NCBI GenBank assembly: GCA_963701075.1 | Contig: OY969559.1 | Span: forward strand, 1,088,001-1,152,000 | Direction of reading: 5' to 3' | Origin: an uncultured Nitrososphaerota archaeon | Lineage (GTDB): Archaea; Thermoproteota; Nitrososphaeria; Nitrososphaerales; Nitrosopumilaceae | Length of the DNA stretch: 64,000 bases | Shown: one piece after another, positions 20,643 to 30,278 of the stretch | How the letters are laid out: each line of letters begins with the position of its first letter | How positions within the stretch are numbered: the stretch's first letter is position 1 | Program-made: the position numbers and the translations under genes | The notes under the pieces: generated by a model | Database searches by the model: none | Seen by the model: only the letters and a program-made list of their open reading frames with translations | What the model was told of the DNA's origin: nothing

Positions 20643-20922
20643 TTCTGTAGTTTATAAAATATGTAAATAAGCACAAAAGATATCATGCCCAGCAATAATG
20701 CAACAAGATGGTTTTGTACCAAGACTCAATTGAGTTATTTAGCAAAAAACCAAATAGAAAAGCTGAAAATGTTGTTAAAAGTGTGCTTTCCCTTATTATT
20801 GATCCGTAATCACTTGTCAGCGCGTCCTTGTCTGCACGTTCATATCTATCTTTGTTAGACAATCTGCCACTAGTTGAGTTTCTCCTATATTGAATAAACC
20901 GGCAAAATTTCATTTGTGATGA

Positions 20923-21399
20923 CTATATTCCCAATAATGATACAGTTTCACCATCTTTGTCGGAAGCTAGCACCTTACCTGATTCTTCCTTAGGGTCTAG
21001 TGAATAGACTGCTTTTGGTTTGAACATTATTACAGTAGGATGTTTATTCTTGCTTTGTTGTTCAAATATCTTCGATGATGTCTTGCCAGTGGCTGAGCGC
21101 GATATTGTTTCGATGATTTTTTCCCCCTTATTTTCATCAGTTATGAAACTCACCTTGCCTTTCATTTGGAATCCTCGTAATTGTTCTTTGTCAAAAACAG
21201 CCACACTAACCCAAGGTATTACTCGAAAATTTCCTTGGGATTTGTGTTTGAAAAAATCTAACCAATATATGGAATCATCTGTAAAATAAAATGCGGTCCT
21301 CGGTGATATGTTGGCTAATCCGTTTGGGTCGACTGAAGCAACCACTATGAACTTTTGTCTTTTCATCATGTAAAGTACATCTTCTGGAATTGTAACCAT
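20923..21399 (-). CDS. Pyridoxamine 5'-phosphate oxidase-like FMN-binding protein
   Basis: VVASVDPNGLANISPR...GFQMKGKV split-barrel pattern. Confidence 0.8.
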   Translation of the reverse strand: MVTIPEDVLYMMKRQKFIVVASVDPNGLANISPRTAFYFTDDSIYWLDFFKHKSQGNFRVIPWVSVAVFDKEQLRGFQMKGKVSFITDENKGEKIIETISRSATGKTSSKIFEQQSKNKHPTVIMFKPKAVYSLDPKEESGKVLASDKDGETVSLLGI

Positions 21400-21439
21400 G
21401 GGATTCCTTTCAATTTCTTTTAAATAAAAGTAATGATTG

Positions 21440-21457
21440 ATTATCTTGATTGATAAT
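21440..21457. promoter_or_regulatory. Box A (ATTATCT-tgat-TGATAAT), divergent
   Basis: 41 nt from both ATG 21399 and ATG 21498. Confidence 0.8.
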
Positions 21458-21497
21458 CTTCATTCTCGTTATATAACATAGACAAGACAAATAATGC

Positions 21498-22253
21498 ATG
21501 AAAATTATTGTCGCAGCAATAGTTTCAATACTTGTTTTAACTGGATTGTGTGATTTGGCATATGCTGAATCATCATATCAAATGGAAGGAAGTGGGGCTG
21601 CAGTGATGGATACTAATAATCCGCAAATGTACCAATCCATATTTAGAATGACACTGTCAAACCAATCAACCATTACAAAAGGAACATTTCTGGTATATGG
21701 AAGTGATGTGTACCTACATGCATACATGTTGCCTCAAAGCTGGTCATTTTTGTATAATGCAGACGGATCTTTTCATGGACAAGGCCCAGTTCAGACCACT
21801 CAAGGCCAATTCTTTGATGTTGCATTAGATGGTAACCGGGTATTTGCAACAAACACCGGTTCACTATGGAAAGTAAGCGCCGATATGAAAAACAACAATA
21901 CCAATATGATACTTGATTATTTAACTACTGGAATAGATCCACTTCCCACCGTAAACGTATCTTCAAATGCAACTGTAATGATTCCAAACGGCAACTCTAA
22001 CGTAACTGGCGTTGGTTTTTACATACCGCTAAATCTAGAGGCGATGCGAGGAACCACAGTAACATGGCAAAACGAGGATAACATAGGCCATGTAATACAG
22101 AGCCAAGACGGCCACGGAAACATCATACCTATCTTTAGCAGTGCCATATTGAAGACAGGAGATACATTTAGCTACAAATTTGACAAGCCAGGTGTGTATT
22201 ATTATTTTTGTACAATACATCCGTGGAGAACCGGCGTAGTAACCATATCCTGA
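21498..22253 (+). CDS. Secreted cupredoxin-domain protein
   Basis: Signal peptide; WQNEDNIGH...YYYFCTIHPWR (axial Met position is Arg). Confidence 0.85.
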   Translation: MKIIVAAIVSILVLTGLCDLAYAESSYQMEGSGAAVMDTNNPQMYQSIFRMTLSNQSTITKGTFLVYGSDVYLHAYMLPQSWSFLYNADGSFHGQGPVQTTQGQFFDVALDGNRVFATNTGSLWKVSADMKNNNTNMILDYLTTGIDPLPTVNVSSNATVMIPNGNSNVTGVGFYIPLNLEAMRGTTVTWQNEDNIGHVIQSQDGHGNIIPIFSSAILKTGDTFSYKFDKPGVYYYFCTIHPWRTGVVTIS

Positions 22254-22288
22254 GACATTTTTCATCATTATGTTGAACAGAAAAGGTG

Positions 22289-22306
22289 ATTCTCATGTTT
22301 GGTATT
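22289..22306. promoter_or_regulatory. Box A (ATTCTCA-tgtt-TGGTATT)
   Basis: 41 nt upstream of ATG 22347. Confidence 0.7.
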
Positions 22307-22346
22307 CGTGTACCGAAAATAAATTGCAAATGCTTGTCATAATTAT

Positions 22347-23111
22347 ATGCTGGTTCAACATGCAGGCAGTTTGGAAGGAAGATCCCTCGCCACTAGTATA
22401 GTTGCATCTAAGGGACGGAAAAAAAATCAAAATGTACTGAGAGTAGAAAACTTATCAAAAATTTACAGCTCAGAATCAGGAAAAGTAGTTGCATTATCAA
22501 ACATCAATTTTACAGTAAAAAAAGGCGAGTTTGTCTCTATTCTGGGACCATCTGGAAGTGGCAAGTCAACTCTGCTATACATGATAGGAGCATTAGACAG
22601 ACCTAGTGCCGGTAAGGTCTACATTAATGGAGTTGACGTATTCTCACTTAATGATTCGGAGATTGCAATGGTCAGAAACAGGCTAATTGGATATGTCTTC
22701 CAGTCGTATAATTTGATAAATAGATCAACAGTGCTAAAGAATGTCAAGATACCAGTAACAATACGTGGAATGGCTCGTACTGAGGCCAATTTCAAGGCGA
22801 TGGAGATTATGAAAGCACTAGGTATAGATGACAAAATTAATGAAAAACCTGCGAATCTAAGCGGTGGTCAACAGCAGAGGGTTGCTATTGCAAGAGCACT
22901 TGTCAATAACCCATCAATAATACTTGCTGATGAGCCAACTGGTAATTTGGATACGAAAACTGGCAGTGAAGTGTTTGAGATACTCAAAAAACTATCCCGC
23001 CAATTTAACAGAACAATAATCATGGTTACTCATAACGCCGAGCTTGCAGAAGAGACAGATCGGTCTATATTTATAAAAGACGGAAGTATTGAAAGAGAAA
23101 CGCGGCATTAA
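22347..23111 (+). CDS. ABC transporter ATP-binding protein (LolD/MacB type)
   Basis: GPSGSGKST, LSGGQQQRVAIARAL, ILADEPTGNLD. Confidence 0.93.
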   Translation: MLVQHAGSLEGRSLATSIVASKGRKKNQNVLRVENLSKIYSSESGKVVALSNINFTVKKGEFVSILGPSGSGKSTLLYMIGALDRPSAGKVYINGVDVFSLNDSEIAMVRNRLIGYVFQSYNLINRSTVLKNVKIPVTIRGMARTEANFKAMEIMKALGIDDKINEKPANLSGGQQQRVAIARALVNNPSIILADEPTGNLDTKTGSEVFEILKKLSRQFNRTIIMVTHNAELAEETDRSIFIKDGSIERETRH

Positions 23112-23239
23112 ACATCATCATTTGTTCCGTATTACGTCCGTCTTTGATTTTAGTACGTAACGTGATATACTTTCAAGAAAGATCTTCTAAAGATATCTGG
23201 AGTTTTATATTATGTCATAAAATTAAATTTCATTGATTG

Positions 23240-23257
23240 AAACCCATCTTTGGAAAT
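23240..23257. promoter_or_regulatory. Degenerate box A (AAACCCA-tctt-TGGAAAT)
   Basis: CA-N4-TG core in canonical position: 11 nt before AATATAT, 42 nt before TTG 23299. Confidence 0.4.
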
Positions 23258-23298
23258 TAAACAGATATAATATATGCAATGACTAGTTATGGACATTA

Positions 23299-24840
23299 TT
23301 GCATCTTAAAGCTGATATTTTGGGAATAGATTCAGGTGGAAAACCAATTGTATTTCTTAACAAGTCTGATGCAGACGATATTGGAATAAGAGCTTCTGGC
23401 AGAATCACTTTAAATTTCAAAAAAAAGTTGCTCACTGCAATAGTTAACACAACAACGTCAGTCAATCGAGGCCATATTGGAATAAACGACGAAGTTAAAC
23501 GCATGCTTGGCCTAAAACAAAATTCTGACGTAGATGTAGAAATTGCGGCCTTTCCCAAATCACTCCAATTTATTCATAATAGATTGACTGGAAGGAGACT
23601 GTTATATCATGAAATTTACGAAATTGTAAAAGATGTAGTACAGGGGAACCTAAATGAAAATGAAATTTCTGCTTTTGTTACTGCATTAAGCATACAGGGA
23701 TTAGATTTGGATGAAGCAACAAGTCTTGCTTTGTCCATGGTTGAAACTGGAAAACAACTTGATCTTGGAAAAAAGATCATCGTGGACAAACACAGTATAG
23801 GTGGCGTGCCAGGGGACAAGACAACATTGCTAGTTGTTCCTATTGTGGCAGCTATGGGCCTTACAATTCCCAAGGTTTCCTCAAGGGCAATAACGTCAGC
23901 TGGCGGTACTGCCGACAGGGCTGAAACACTAATGCCTGTAGATCTAGAGATAAGCGAGATGGAACGCGTCATACGAAAAAGTAACGGCTGCATGGTATGG
24001 GGAGGATCGTTGGATCTTGCACCCGCCGATGATATTTTTGTTAGAAGTGAATATTCCTTGTACATTGATCCTCTGCTACTACCTTCCATCATGAGTAAGA
24101 AAAAGGCTGTTAATGCGACTCATCTTGTCATTGACATCCCAACGGGACGGGGATCAAAAATGCAGACTATCAGCGAGTCTGACTTTTTGGCTAAAGAACT
24201 AATCGAGCTTGGGCGAAGGCTTGGAATTCGTACACATTGTGTTTTGACAAATGGTGAAAAACCAATAGGGTTTACCATGGGGCCATCACTTGAAGTGAGA
24301 GAAGCTCTCTCCGTATTGATGAACAAAGTAGATGTTCCAGATCTTGTCGATAAAGTCTGTCACATCGCAGGAAGCATATTTGAAATGGTCGGAAAGAAAA
24401 ATGGCTACCACCTAGCAAGAGAGATCCTGCATAGTGGAAAAGCGGAGAAAAAAATGAGGGAAATTATAGGCCTGCAGGGAGGAAACTCGAAAGTAAAGAT
24501 TGAAGATTTGGCAATTGGCGAAGAAAAACATATGGTCAGAGCAAAAAAGCCCGGTCAAGTTCTATGGATGGACAATATTGCACTCATAGAAATTGCTCGA
24601 GCGGCAGGAGCTCCAAAGGACAAAGGCGCTGGCATTGTTTTTAACAAGAAGACTGGCGACAAGGTGCGAATTGGTGATGTTTTGTATACTATCTACGCCG
24701 AAAAACCGCGAAAACTCTCAAGAACAGTTGAACTACTATCAGAAACAGAGCCATTTGGAATAGGTGACAATGTAGAGATGCTCATACACAAAATAAAAGA
24801 ATCTTCGTTTGTAAAAAGATCATTTATGATAGACAGGTAG
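23299..24840 (+). CDS. AMP phosphorylase (archaeal thymidine phosphorylase family)
   Basis: N-terminal barrel extension, DKHSIGGVPG, KVSSRAITSAGGTAD, SIMSKKKA, ARAAGAPKDKGAG. Confidence 0.92.
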   Translation: MHLKADILGIDSGGKPIVFLNKSDADDIGIRASGRITLNFKKKLLTAIVNTTTSVNRGHIGINDEVKRMLGLKQNSDVDVEIAAFPKSLQFIHNRLTGRRLLYHEIYEIVKDVVQGNLNENEISAFVTALSIQGLDLDEATSLALSMVETGKQLDLGKKIIVDKHSIGGVPGDKTTLLVVPIVAAMGLTIPKVSSRAITSAGGTADRAETLMPVDLEISEMERVIRKSNGCMVWGGSLDLAPADDIFVRSEYSLYIDPLLLPSIMSKKKAVNATHLVIDIPTGRGSKMQTISESDFLAKELIELGRRLGIRTHCVLTNGEKPIGFTMGPSLEVREALSVLMNKVDVPDLVDKVCHIAGSIFEMVGKKNGYHLAREILHSGKAEKKMREIIGLQGGNSKVKIEDLAIGEEKHMVRAKKPGQVLWMDNIALIEIARAAGAPKDKGAGIVFNKKTGDKVRIGDVLYTIYAEKPRKLSRTVELLSETEPFGIGDNVEMLIHKIKESSFVKRSFMIDR

Positions 24841-24843
24841 TAC

Positions 24844-25677
24844 ATGAAGACACTTCAACAAGTAACGGATGACATAAGAGAATTCAGAATCCAAGGAGCA
24901 AACCAAATTGCACTGTACAGTTTATGCTTCTTAAAAAAAATTGCGCTTTGTTATGGATTTGGACTCAAATTCAAGACTGTATCACGACATTTGGAAAGGG
25001 CCAGACCAACCGCAGTAGTACTTCATAACTGTATTCAGATTATAAACACAAGTCCAAAAATTTCTACAATTGATACTTTGATTAATACGCTACGTGACAT
25101 GGGAGAAAAAGAAGCAGTATACTCGGCCAAGATTATAAAGAATGGTTCTACAATAATTACATACTGTCACTCGGGGGAAGCAATGTCATTTATCAAACAT
25201 GCGTGGATAAAATACAAAAAGAGATTTTCTGTGATTGCGTGCGAGACAGAACCTTTGGAACAAGGTGTAAGAACCGCAAAAGAGCTGGCAAAAGTGGGAA
25301 TCCCTGTAACCCTGATTGATGATAACGCGATCGGGTTCTTCATAAAATGTGCAGATATGGTAATTGTTGGTGCGGATGCATTACGAAAAGAAGGACTGGT
25401 TAACAAGATAGGAACTAGCCTTCTTGCACAGGCAGCAAATGATGCAGCCAAGCCATTCTATGTGATAGCCAGCTCGCTTAAGATTGACAAGAGGAGAAAA
25501 TTTGAGATCGAGGAGAGGCCTGCAAACGAGATATACAGAAAAATAATGCACAAAAGAGGGCTGGGTGGAATAAAGATACGAAATCCGGCCTTTGATACAA
25601 CTCCATGGAAATATGTTACTGCTGTAATAAACGAGAGAGGAGTCTTGACAAAGAATCAGCTGAGGAAAGTGATATGA
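24844..25677 (+). CDS. Ribose-1,5-bisphosphate isomerase (eIF-2B alpha/beta/delta family)
   Basis: RIQGA, RPTA, TYCHS, VGAD, NKIGT, NPAFDTTP; located between AMPpase and RuBisCO. Confidence 0.88.
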   Translation: MKTLQQVTDDIREFRIQGANQIALYSLCFLKKIALCYGFGLKFKTVSRHLERARPTAVVLHNCIQIINTSPKISTIDTLINTLRDMGEKEAVYSAKIIKNGSTIITYCHSGEAMSFIKHAWIKYKKRFSVIACETEPLEQGVRTAKELAKVGIPVTLIDDNAIGFFIKCADMVIVGADALRKEGLVNKIGTSLLAQAANDAAKPFYVIASSLKIDKRRKFEIEERPANEIYRKIMHKRGLGGIKIRNPAFDTTPWKYVTAVINERGVLTKNQLRKVI

Positions 25678-26963
25678 GGCACATCGATTGGTACAAAGAC
25701 TTTGTTGATTTAAAGTACAAGCCAAGCAAAACTGACGTAGTCTGTCTTTTCAGATTTGAACCATCTGATAAAGTATCGGTTGTTGAAGCAGCTGGTAGAA
25801 TAGCTTCTGAAAGCTCGGCTGGAACATGGACAACACTGACCAAGTTGCCAAAAACAATAAAAAAAGTAATGGCGACTTCTTTTGAGATAAATGGCAATTT
25901 TGCTAAGGTTGCATATCCAATCGAGATCTGGGAACCAGGAAACATATCACAGCTGTTAAGCGGTATTGCCGGAAATATTTTTGGGATGAAAGCATTAGAA
26001 AATCTCAGGCTTGTTGATGTATCTTTGCCCATTCAATATACCAAACATTTCAGAGGACCAGAGTTTGGAATAGAAGGAATTAGAAGAATTCTAAAAGTAA
26101 GAAAGAGACCAATTACAGGGGCAGTAGCAAAACCCAAGATAGGATGGAGTGCTGAAGAACATGCGACGATTGCCTATGAGACGTGGATTGGAGGGTTTGA
26201 TTTGGTAAAAGACGATGAAAACCTTACATCAACACAGTTTAACAAATTTGAACAACGCGTAAAGCTTTGTGCCAAGATGCGAGACAAGGCTGAAAAAGAG
26301 AGCGGAGAAAGAAAATCCGCACTGATAAACATAACTGGAGAAACTAATCAGATGACAAAGCGCGCTAAAATGCTGCATGATTTTGGATTTGAATATGCAA
26401 TGATAGATGTGGTTACAGTAGGTATGTCAGCATTGCAAACTTTGCGTGAGGTGTGTCATGACCATAATCTGGCAATACATGCGCACAGGGCAATGCATGC
26501 TGCATTTGACAGAAATCCAAGACATGGCATATCGATGCTGTTTCTTGCCAAGATCTGTCGATTGATAGGCGTCGACCAGCTTCACATAGGGACCGTGATA
26601 GGCAAACTTGTTGGAACGCGTCATGATGTTCTAGATATAAAAAACGCGATTACTAGTCAAAATAACAAGAGGTTTGGCAGCCTGAATCAAAATTGGAACA
26701 ACATCAAACCGGTTTTTCCAGTCTCTTCTGGAGGCATACACCCAGGAATCATACCTGATGTGTTAAAGATCATGGGAAATAACATAGTGTTACTGGTGAG
26801 TGGTGGAATACACGGTCATCCAAATGGTACCCGTGATGGAGCACGTGCTGCAATGCAGTCTATTGAAGCCTCAATGCAGAGGATCCCGTTATATCAATAC
26901 GCAAGATCACACAAAGAACTTGGAGATGCCTTGGCAAAGTGGGGCCGTCTTAGGCCTCAATGA
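25674..26963 (+). CDS. rbcL: Form III ribulose-1,5-bisphosphate carboxylase
   Basis: ESSAGTW, KPKIG, DLVKDDE carbamylation motif, HAHRAMH, GTVIGKL loop 6, SSGGIHP, GGIHGHP; ATG 25674 overlaps upstream stop (ATGA). Confidence 0.95.
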   Translation: MRHIDWYKDFVDLKYKPSKTDVVCLFRFEPSDKVSVVEAAGRIASESSAGTWTTLTKLPKTIKKVMATSFEINGNFAKVAYPIEIWEPGNISQLLSGIAGNIFGMKALENLRLVDVSLPIQYTKHFRGPEFGIEGIRRILKVRKRPITGAVAKPKIGWSAEEHATIAYETWIGGFDLVKDDENLTSTQFNKFEQRVKLCAKMRDKAEKESGERKSALINITGETNQMTKRAKMLHDFGFEYAMIDVVTVGMSALQTLREVCHDHNLAIHAHRAMHAAFDRNPRHGISMLFLAKICRLIGVDQLHIGTVIGKLVGTRHDVLDIKNAITSQNNKRFGSLNQNWNNIKPVFPVSSGGIHPGIIPDVLKIMGNNIVLLVSGGIHGHPNGTRDGARAAMQSIEASMQRIPLYQYARSHKELGDALAKWGRLRPQ

Positions 26964-27007
26964 TTGTCATTTCATCTTTCATTGAATGTGTATATCTGAG
27001 AAACAAA

Positions 27008-27658
27008 TTATCTAATAATCACAACTGGACACTTGGCTTCTTCTGAAATTTTTCTGCTTACACTACCGAGTGCCATTATCTTGTTCAGTCTAGTCAATCC
27101 TCTACTGCCGATAACTATTAGGTCTATCTTGTTATCTCTTGCAAATTTTAGTATGGAATCAGCAGGTTTTCCAGTTATCACTTCGCAAAATGTATTGACT
27201 CCCGACTGCTTACATATTTTCATCTTTTCTTGGAGAACACTATTTGAATGATTTTTTTGTGGCTCTAAAATATCTTTATTTAATTTTTTTATCTTTTTGT
27301 TTACTTGATCTTGTATTATTATGGGTAATTGGTCTGTCTGGATATTGATGACATTTATTATGTATAATTCTGAACCAAACTCTTTTGCTATGTCAGTTGC
27401 CTCAATAAGTGCTTTTTTTGAATATTTTGAGTTATCATAAGGTACCAATATTTTGCCATATTTTTTCTTGCTAGGTAGAGATACGCCAGTACTTAGTTGT
27501 ACATCAATCCTTGATGCTGCATCATTTATTCTTTTTATATTTTGAAGAAAATCTTGATGATTGCCATATTTTGCATTTTTTAACATTACGCCTATCGTAT
27601 TTTTTATTATTGATACTTGCTTCCTTAATGAAAAATTATATTCGTAGTCCAAGTCCAT
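27008..27658 (-). CDS. Universal stress protein with N-terminal extension
   Basis: USP domain from ILVPYDNS preceded by ~65 aa helical segment. Confidence 0.85.
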   Translation of the reverse strand: MDLDYEYNFSLRKQVSIIKNTIGVMLKNAKYGNHQDFLQNIKRINDAASRIDVQLSTGVSLPSKKKYGKILVPYDNSKYSKKALIEATDIAKEFGSELYIINVINIQTDQLPIIIQDQVNKKIKKLNKDILEPQKNHSNSVLQEKMKICKQSGVNTFCEVITGKPADSILKFARDNKIDLIVIGSRGLTRLNKIMALGSVSRKISEEAKCPVVIIR

Positions 27659-27742
27659 ATCTATTCAACTACTGGAAAATGTATACTTATACTGTATCTC
27701 ATGGGATTACTTTTCTTACAATGAATTTAAAGGAATAATATA

Positions 27743-27760
27743 ATTATCAAGATTGGAATC
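27743..27760. promoter_or_regulatory. Partial box A (ATTATCA-agat-TGGAATC)
   Basis: 11 nt from minus-strand TTTAAA (27731); farther from the ATG than usual. Confidence 0.45.
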
Positions 27761-27785
27761 TTTTATATGAAAAAATTGGTTATTC

Positions 27786-28127
27786 CTAATTACTTGTATC
27801 AGAATTAGGAACGATTTCAACATCAAGTGAACCGCTTTTGAAACATGTTACAATGGACTTGATCTTTGATTTGTACAAAAAGTACTTTTTGCCATCCTGA
27901 CTTATGGAGCCGGAGATGCCAAGTAATTTGTGAGTATGTAGTAATTGCACTCTTCTGTATGTTGTGCTGATTGGAATACCACACTCTATACTTAGATCAA
28001 TGGTAGATTTTGGCATCTCAAGTGTAGATTCCAATATGGCACGGGAATACTTGTCAGCCAAGATCTCAAGCAAGACAGTCTTTGTTGTCTCTTCCTGTAC
28101 GGGTTTTGTCTGTAGTAAGACTTGCAT
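27786..28127 (-). CDS. Winged-helix (ArsR-like) transcription regulator, paralog 1
   Basis: LEILADKYSRAIL...PKS..DLS.ECGIPISTTYRRVQLL...LL...GKKYFLYKS. Confidence 0.85.
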   Translation of the reverse strand: MQVLLQTKPVQEETTKTVLLEILADKYSRAILESTLEMPKSTIDLSIECGIPISTTYRRVQLLHTHKLLGISGSISQDGKKYFLYKSKIKSIVTCFKSGSLDVEIVPNSDTSN

Positions 28128-28165
28128 GTACCTCTATTGGCACGAATTGATATAATCAGTAGGAC

Positions 28166-28184
28166 TGCATTGCAGTGCAGTGCA
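28166..28184. promoter_or_regulatory. Box B (TGCATTG-cagtg-CAGTGCA)
   Basis: 10 nt before minus-strand TTATAT (28155) of the wHTH gene. Confidence 0.7.
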
Positions 28185-28236
28185 TACAAAAAACGCATTT
28201 TGAGATAGATTTTGTGTCTGTTTCCCCTTGCAGGCA

Positions 28237-28473
28237 CTATTTTTCTTCTTCTAGTCTCTCAATCTCTTCAAAACAGAGATTGACTAAATTTCTAAGATAT
28301 TCTGCCCTGTCGCGCAGAAGCGTTATTTGTTCATGTTCTTCCTCTTTTGACATTTTTTTGATGGTTAGATCCACCTGTCCAAAATACGTCAAGTCGTTTA
28401 TCTCGCCAAGAATCTTCAGTCTCTCTTCTTTAGATGTCAATTTTTCCCTTATTTCATCAAGATTACTCATCAT
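28237..28473 (-). CDS. Small hypothetical helical protein
   Basis: 78 aa ORF 6 nt downstream of USP gene, same strand. Confidence 0.55.
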   Translation of the reverse strand: MMSNLDEIREKLTSKEERLKILGEINDLTYFGQVDLTIKKMSKEEEHEQITLLRDRAEYLRNLVNLCFEEIERLEEEK

Positions 28474-28479
28474 TATTCA

Positions 28480-28905
28480 CTACTTTACTATAAGTACAGG
28501 AGTCTTTGATTTATGTACCACTGCGTTTGAGACGCTACCGAGAAAAACTTCCTTTACACTACCCAGTCCTCTTGCCCCAATTACTATTATGTCGAACTTG
28601 TTTTTTGTAGCAAAATCAACTATCTCTGAAGATTCGTTTCCGATTGCAGTTTTTCCAACAAAAACTATGCCATTTTGAGCAGCGCGTTTTTTAGCACTCT
28701 CCATAAACTCTCTGGCTGCTTTCATAAGGTATTTCTTGTCATAGGTTATTGGGGTAAAAGACTTTGGATAAATCGACATGACAAATAATCCCGTTATAGT
28801 TGCACCACACTGCCTTGCAAGATAGATGGCAGTGTCTAATCCTCTATACGAATTTTTTGATCCATCCAGAGGAACTAAGATTCGTCTAATTTTTGTTTTA
28901 ATCAT
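28480..28905 (-). CDS. Universal stress protein
   Basis: ILVPLDGS...DIIVIGARGLG...LGSVS. Confidence 0.93.
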   Translation of the reverse strand: MIKTKIRRILVPLDGSKNSYRGLDTAIYLARQCGATITGLFVMSIYPKSFTPITYDKKYLMKAAREFMESAKKRAAQNGIVFVGKTAIGNESSEIVDFATKNKFDIIVIGARGLGSVKEVFLGSVSNAVVHKSKTPVLIVK

Positions 28906-28944
28906 AAGCCACTTTCTTTCATGTTTAATTTAAGATTCACTTAC

Positions 28945-28962
28945 AATATCAATTATGATAAT
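28945..28962. promoter_or_regulatory. Box A (AATATCA-atta-TGATAAT)
   Basis: 11 nt from minus-strand TTAAAT, 40 nt from ATG 28905. Confidence 0.8.
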
Positions 28963-29008
28963 CTATCTATAGTTTATCATGTATAAATAAGAGAGTAAGT
29001 ATAATGAA

Positions 29009-29026
29009 GTTTTCAATTATGATTAT
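29009..29026. promoter_or_regulatory. Box A (GTTTTCA-atta-TGATTAT)
   Basis: Upstream of the CBS-HPF gene; spacing non-canonical. Confidence 0.5.
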
Positions 29027-29111
29027 CTCAGATAAAAAAATGGCGTCCTTTTTATAGCCCTATGAATGTTTCAGAGAATGACGACATTGGGAATAATAGG
29101 AGATATCTGAG

Positions 29112-30278
29112 ATGAATTCTTTAGCAGCGTATGAACAGTTAAAGAATATTCGTGAACGTAAAGTTTCTAGAATTATAGGACCGGCAACTACGATAGAACC
29201 TACCGTTTCTGTCTCTAAACTCATAGGCATGATGCTCAGGGATGATTCTTACGATGTATTTTGTATGAATGGTCGTGAGGTATCAACCATAAATGCAAGA
29301 GAACTATTGACCTCGCGAGATGTCAAAAACATGAAGATCTCTCCTTTATTACACAAGGTTCAGGCCATAAGGAGAAATGATACCTTGGAGAAAGCGGCTG
29401 CAATTATGTCACATAATAGAATGCGTTCAGTTCCTGTAGTGGAAGACGGGAAAATAATTGGAGCAGTTAACATAAAAGAAATAATCAAACTATTAAATCA
29501 AGAGAACTTGAATTGGATCTCAGCAAGTGACATACTTACTCCAAATCCAATTACTATTGGCAGTAATGAATTACTTTCCTCTGCAAGACAAACGATGGCG
29601 ACGAAAAAAATAGATCACCTCCCCGTCATCAGTGGAGGAAAAGTATCTCAAGTCTTGACATCAATGCATCTTTTACATTTTGCTGTGCCTGAAGAAAGAA
29701 TAGGAAGTGGCATGAGAGGACGAAATACTGAAAGGAGATTTGGATCTCAGGTAGGTAATGCTGGAAGTACCAGAGTTCCCAACTGTCTTACAAGTGCATC
29801 TCTTAACACTGTAATGGGTGCAATGTTAAAGGCTGACACTTCATGTTGCTTGCTTACCTTGTGGGATAACCTACATGGAATAATTACTTACAAGGACTTG
29901 TTAGGAATACTTGAGTCCAGAATTCAAAGCACGGTACCCTTGTACATTATCGGGTTGCCGGAAAACTTGGGCAATGCACAAATAATAAAAGAAAAATTTG
30001 ACAAGATAATTAGAAATCTCATCAAGTCTTATCCTGAGGTGGAAGAGGCAAAAGCTAGTATCAAGACAATGCATAATCACGAAAGTAAGGGAGACCATTA
30101 CAAAGTTGTAATAAGAATAATGACACCATACAGGAGTTACAGCTATTCAGAACTTGGCTGGGATCTCTCAAAAGTTTTTGATATTCTTGGAAACAAAGTT
30201 ACCAGAAATCTCTCAAACCGAAGTAAGAAACGTTGGAAGACATCTGTTAGAAAGATAGAAAAGAGAAATATTTTCTAG
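29112..30278 (+). CDS. 4xCBS + HPF/RaiA-like fusion, putative ribosome hibernation factor
   Basis: Four CBS repeats, then LYIIGL...IIKEKFDKIIR...VEEAKASIK...YKVVIRIMTP...GWDLSKVFDILGNKVTRNL, matching the HPF fold pattern. Confidence 0.7.
   Translation: MNSLAAYEQLKNIRERKVSRIIGPATTIEPTVSVSKLIGMMLRDDSYDVFCMNGREVSTINARELLTSRDVKNMKISPLLHKVQAIRRNDTLEKAAAIMSHNRMRSVPVVEDGKIIGAVNIKEIIKLLNQENLNWISASDILTPNPITIGSNELLSSARQTMATKKIDHLPVISGGKVSQVLTSMHLLHFAVPEERIGSGMRGRNTERRFGSQVGNAGSTRVPNCLTSASLNTVMGAMLKADTSCCLLTLWDNLHGIITYKDLLGILESRIQSTVPLYIIGLPENLGNAQIIKEKFDKIIRNLIKSYPEVEEAKASIKTMHNHESKGDHYKVVIRIMTPYRSYSYSELGWDLSKVFDILGNKVTRNLSNRSKKRWKTSVRKIEKRNIF

Noticed and set aside
20683-20913. 76-aa ORF between ppk2 and the PNPOx-like gene
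   Set aside because: No recognisable family or promoter; possibly a fragment.
25605-25673. Longer RuBisCO N-terminus from 25605
   Set aside because: It overlaps the isomerase by 73 nt; ATG 25674 gives a standard ATGA coupling and typical length.
27992-28237. Similar alternative-frame ORFs (27992-28237 and 55765-55989, LYALxCNAVLL)
   Set aside because: The similarity is explained by the conserved box B/TATA DNA and the shifted frame of the wHTH paralogs.
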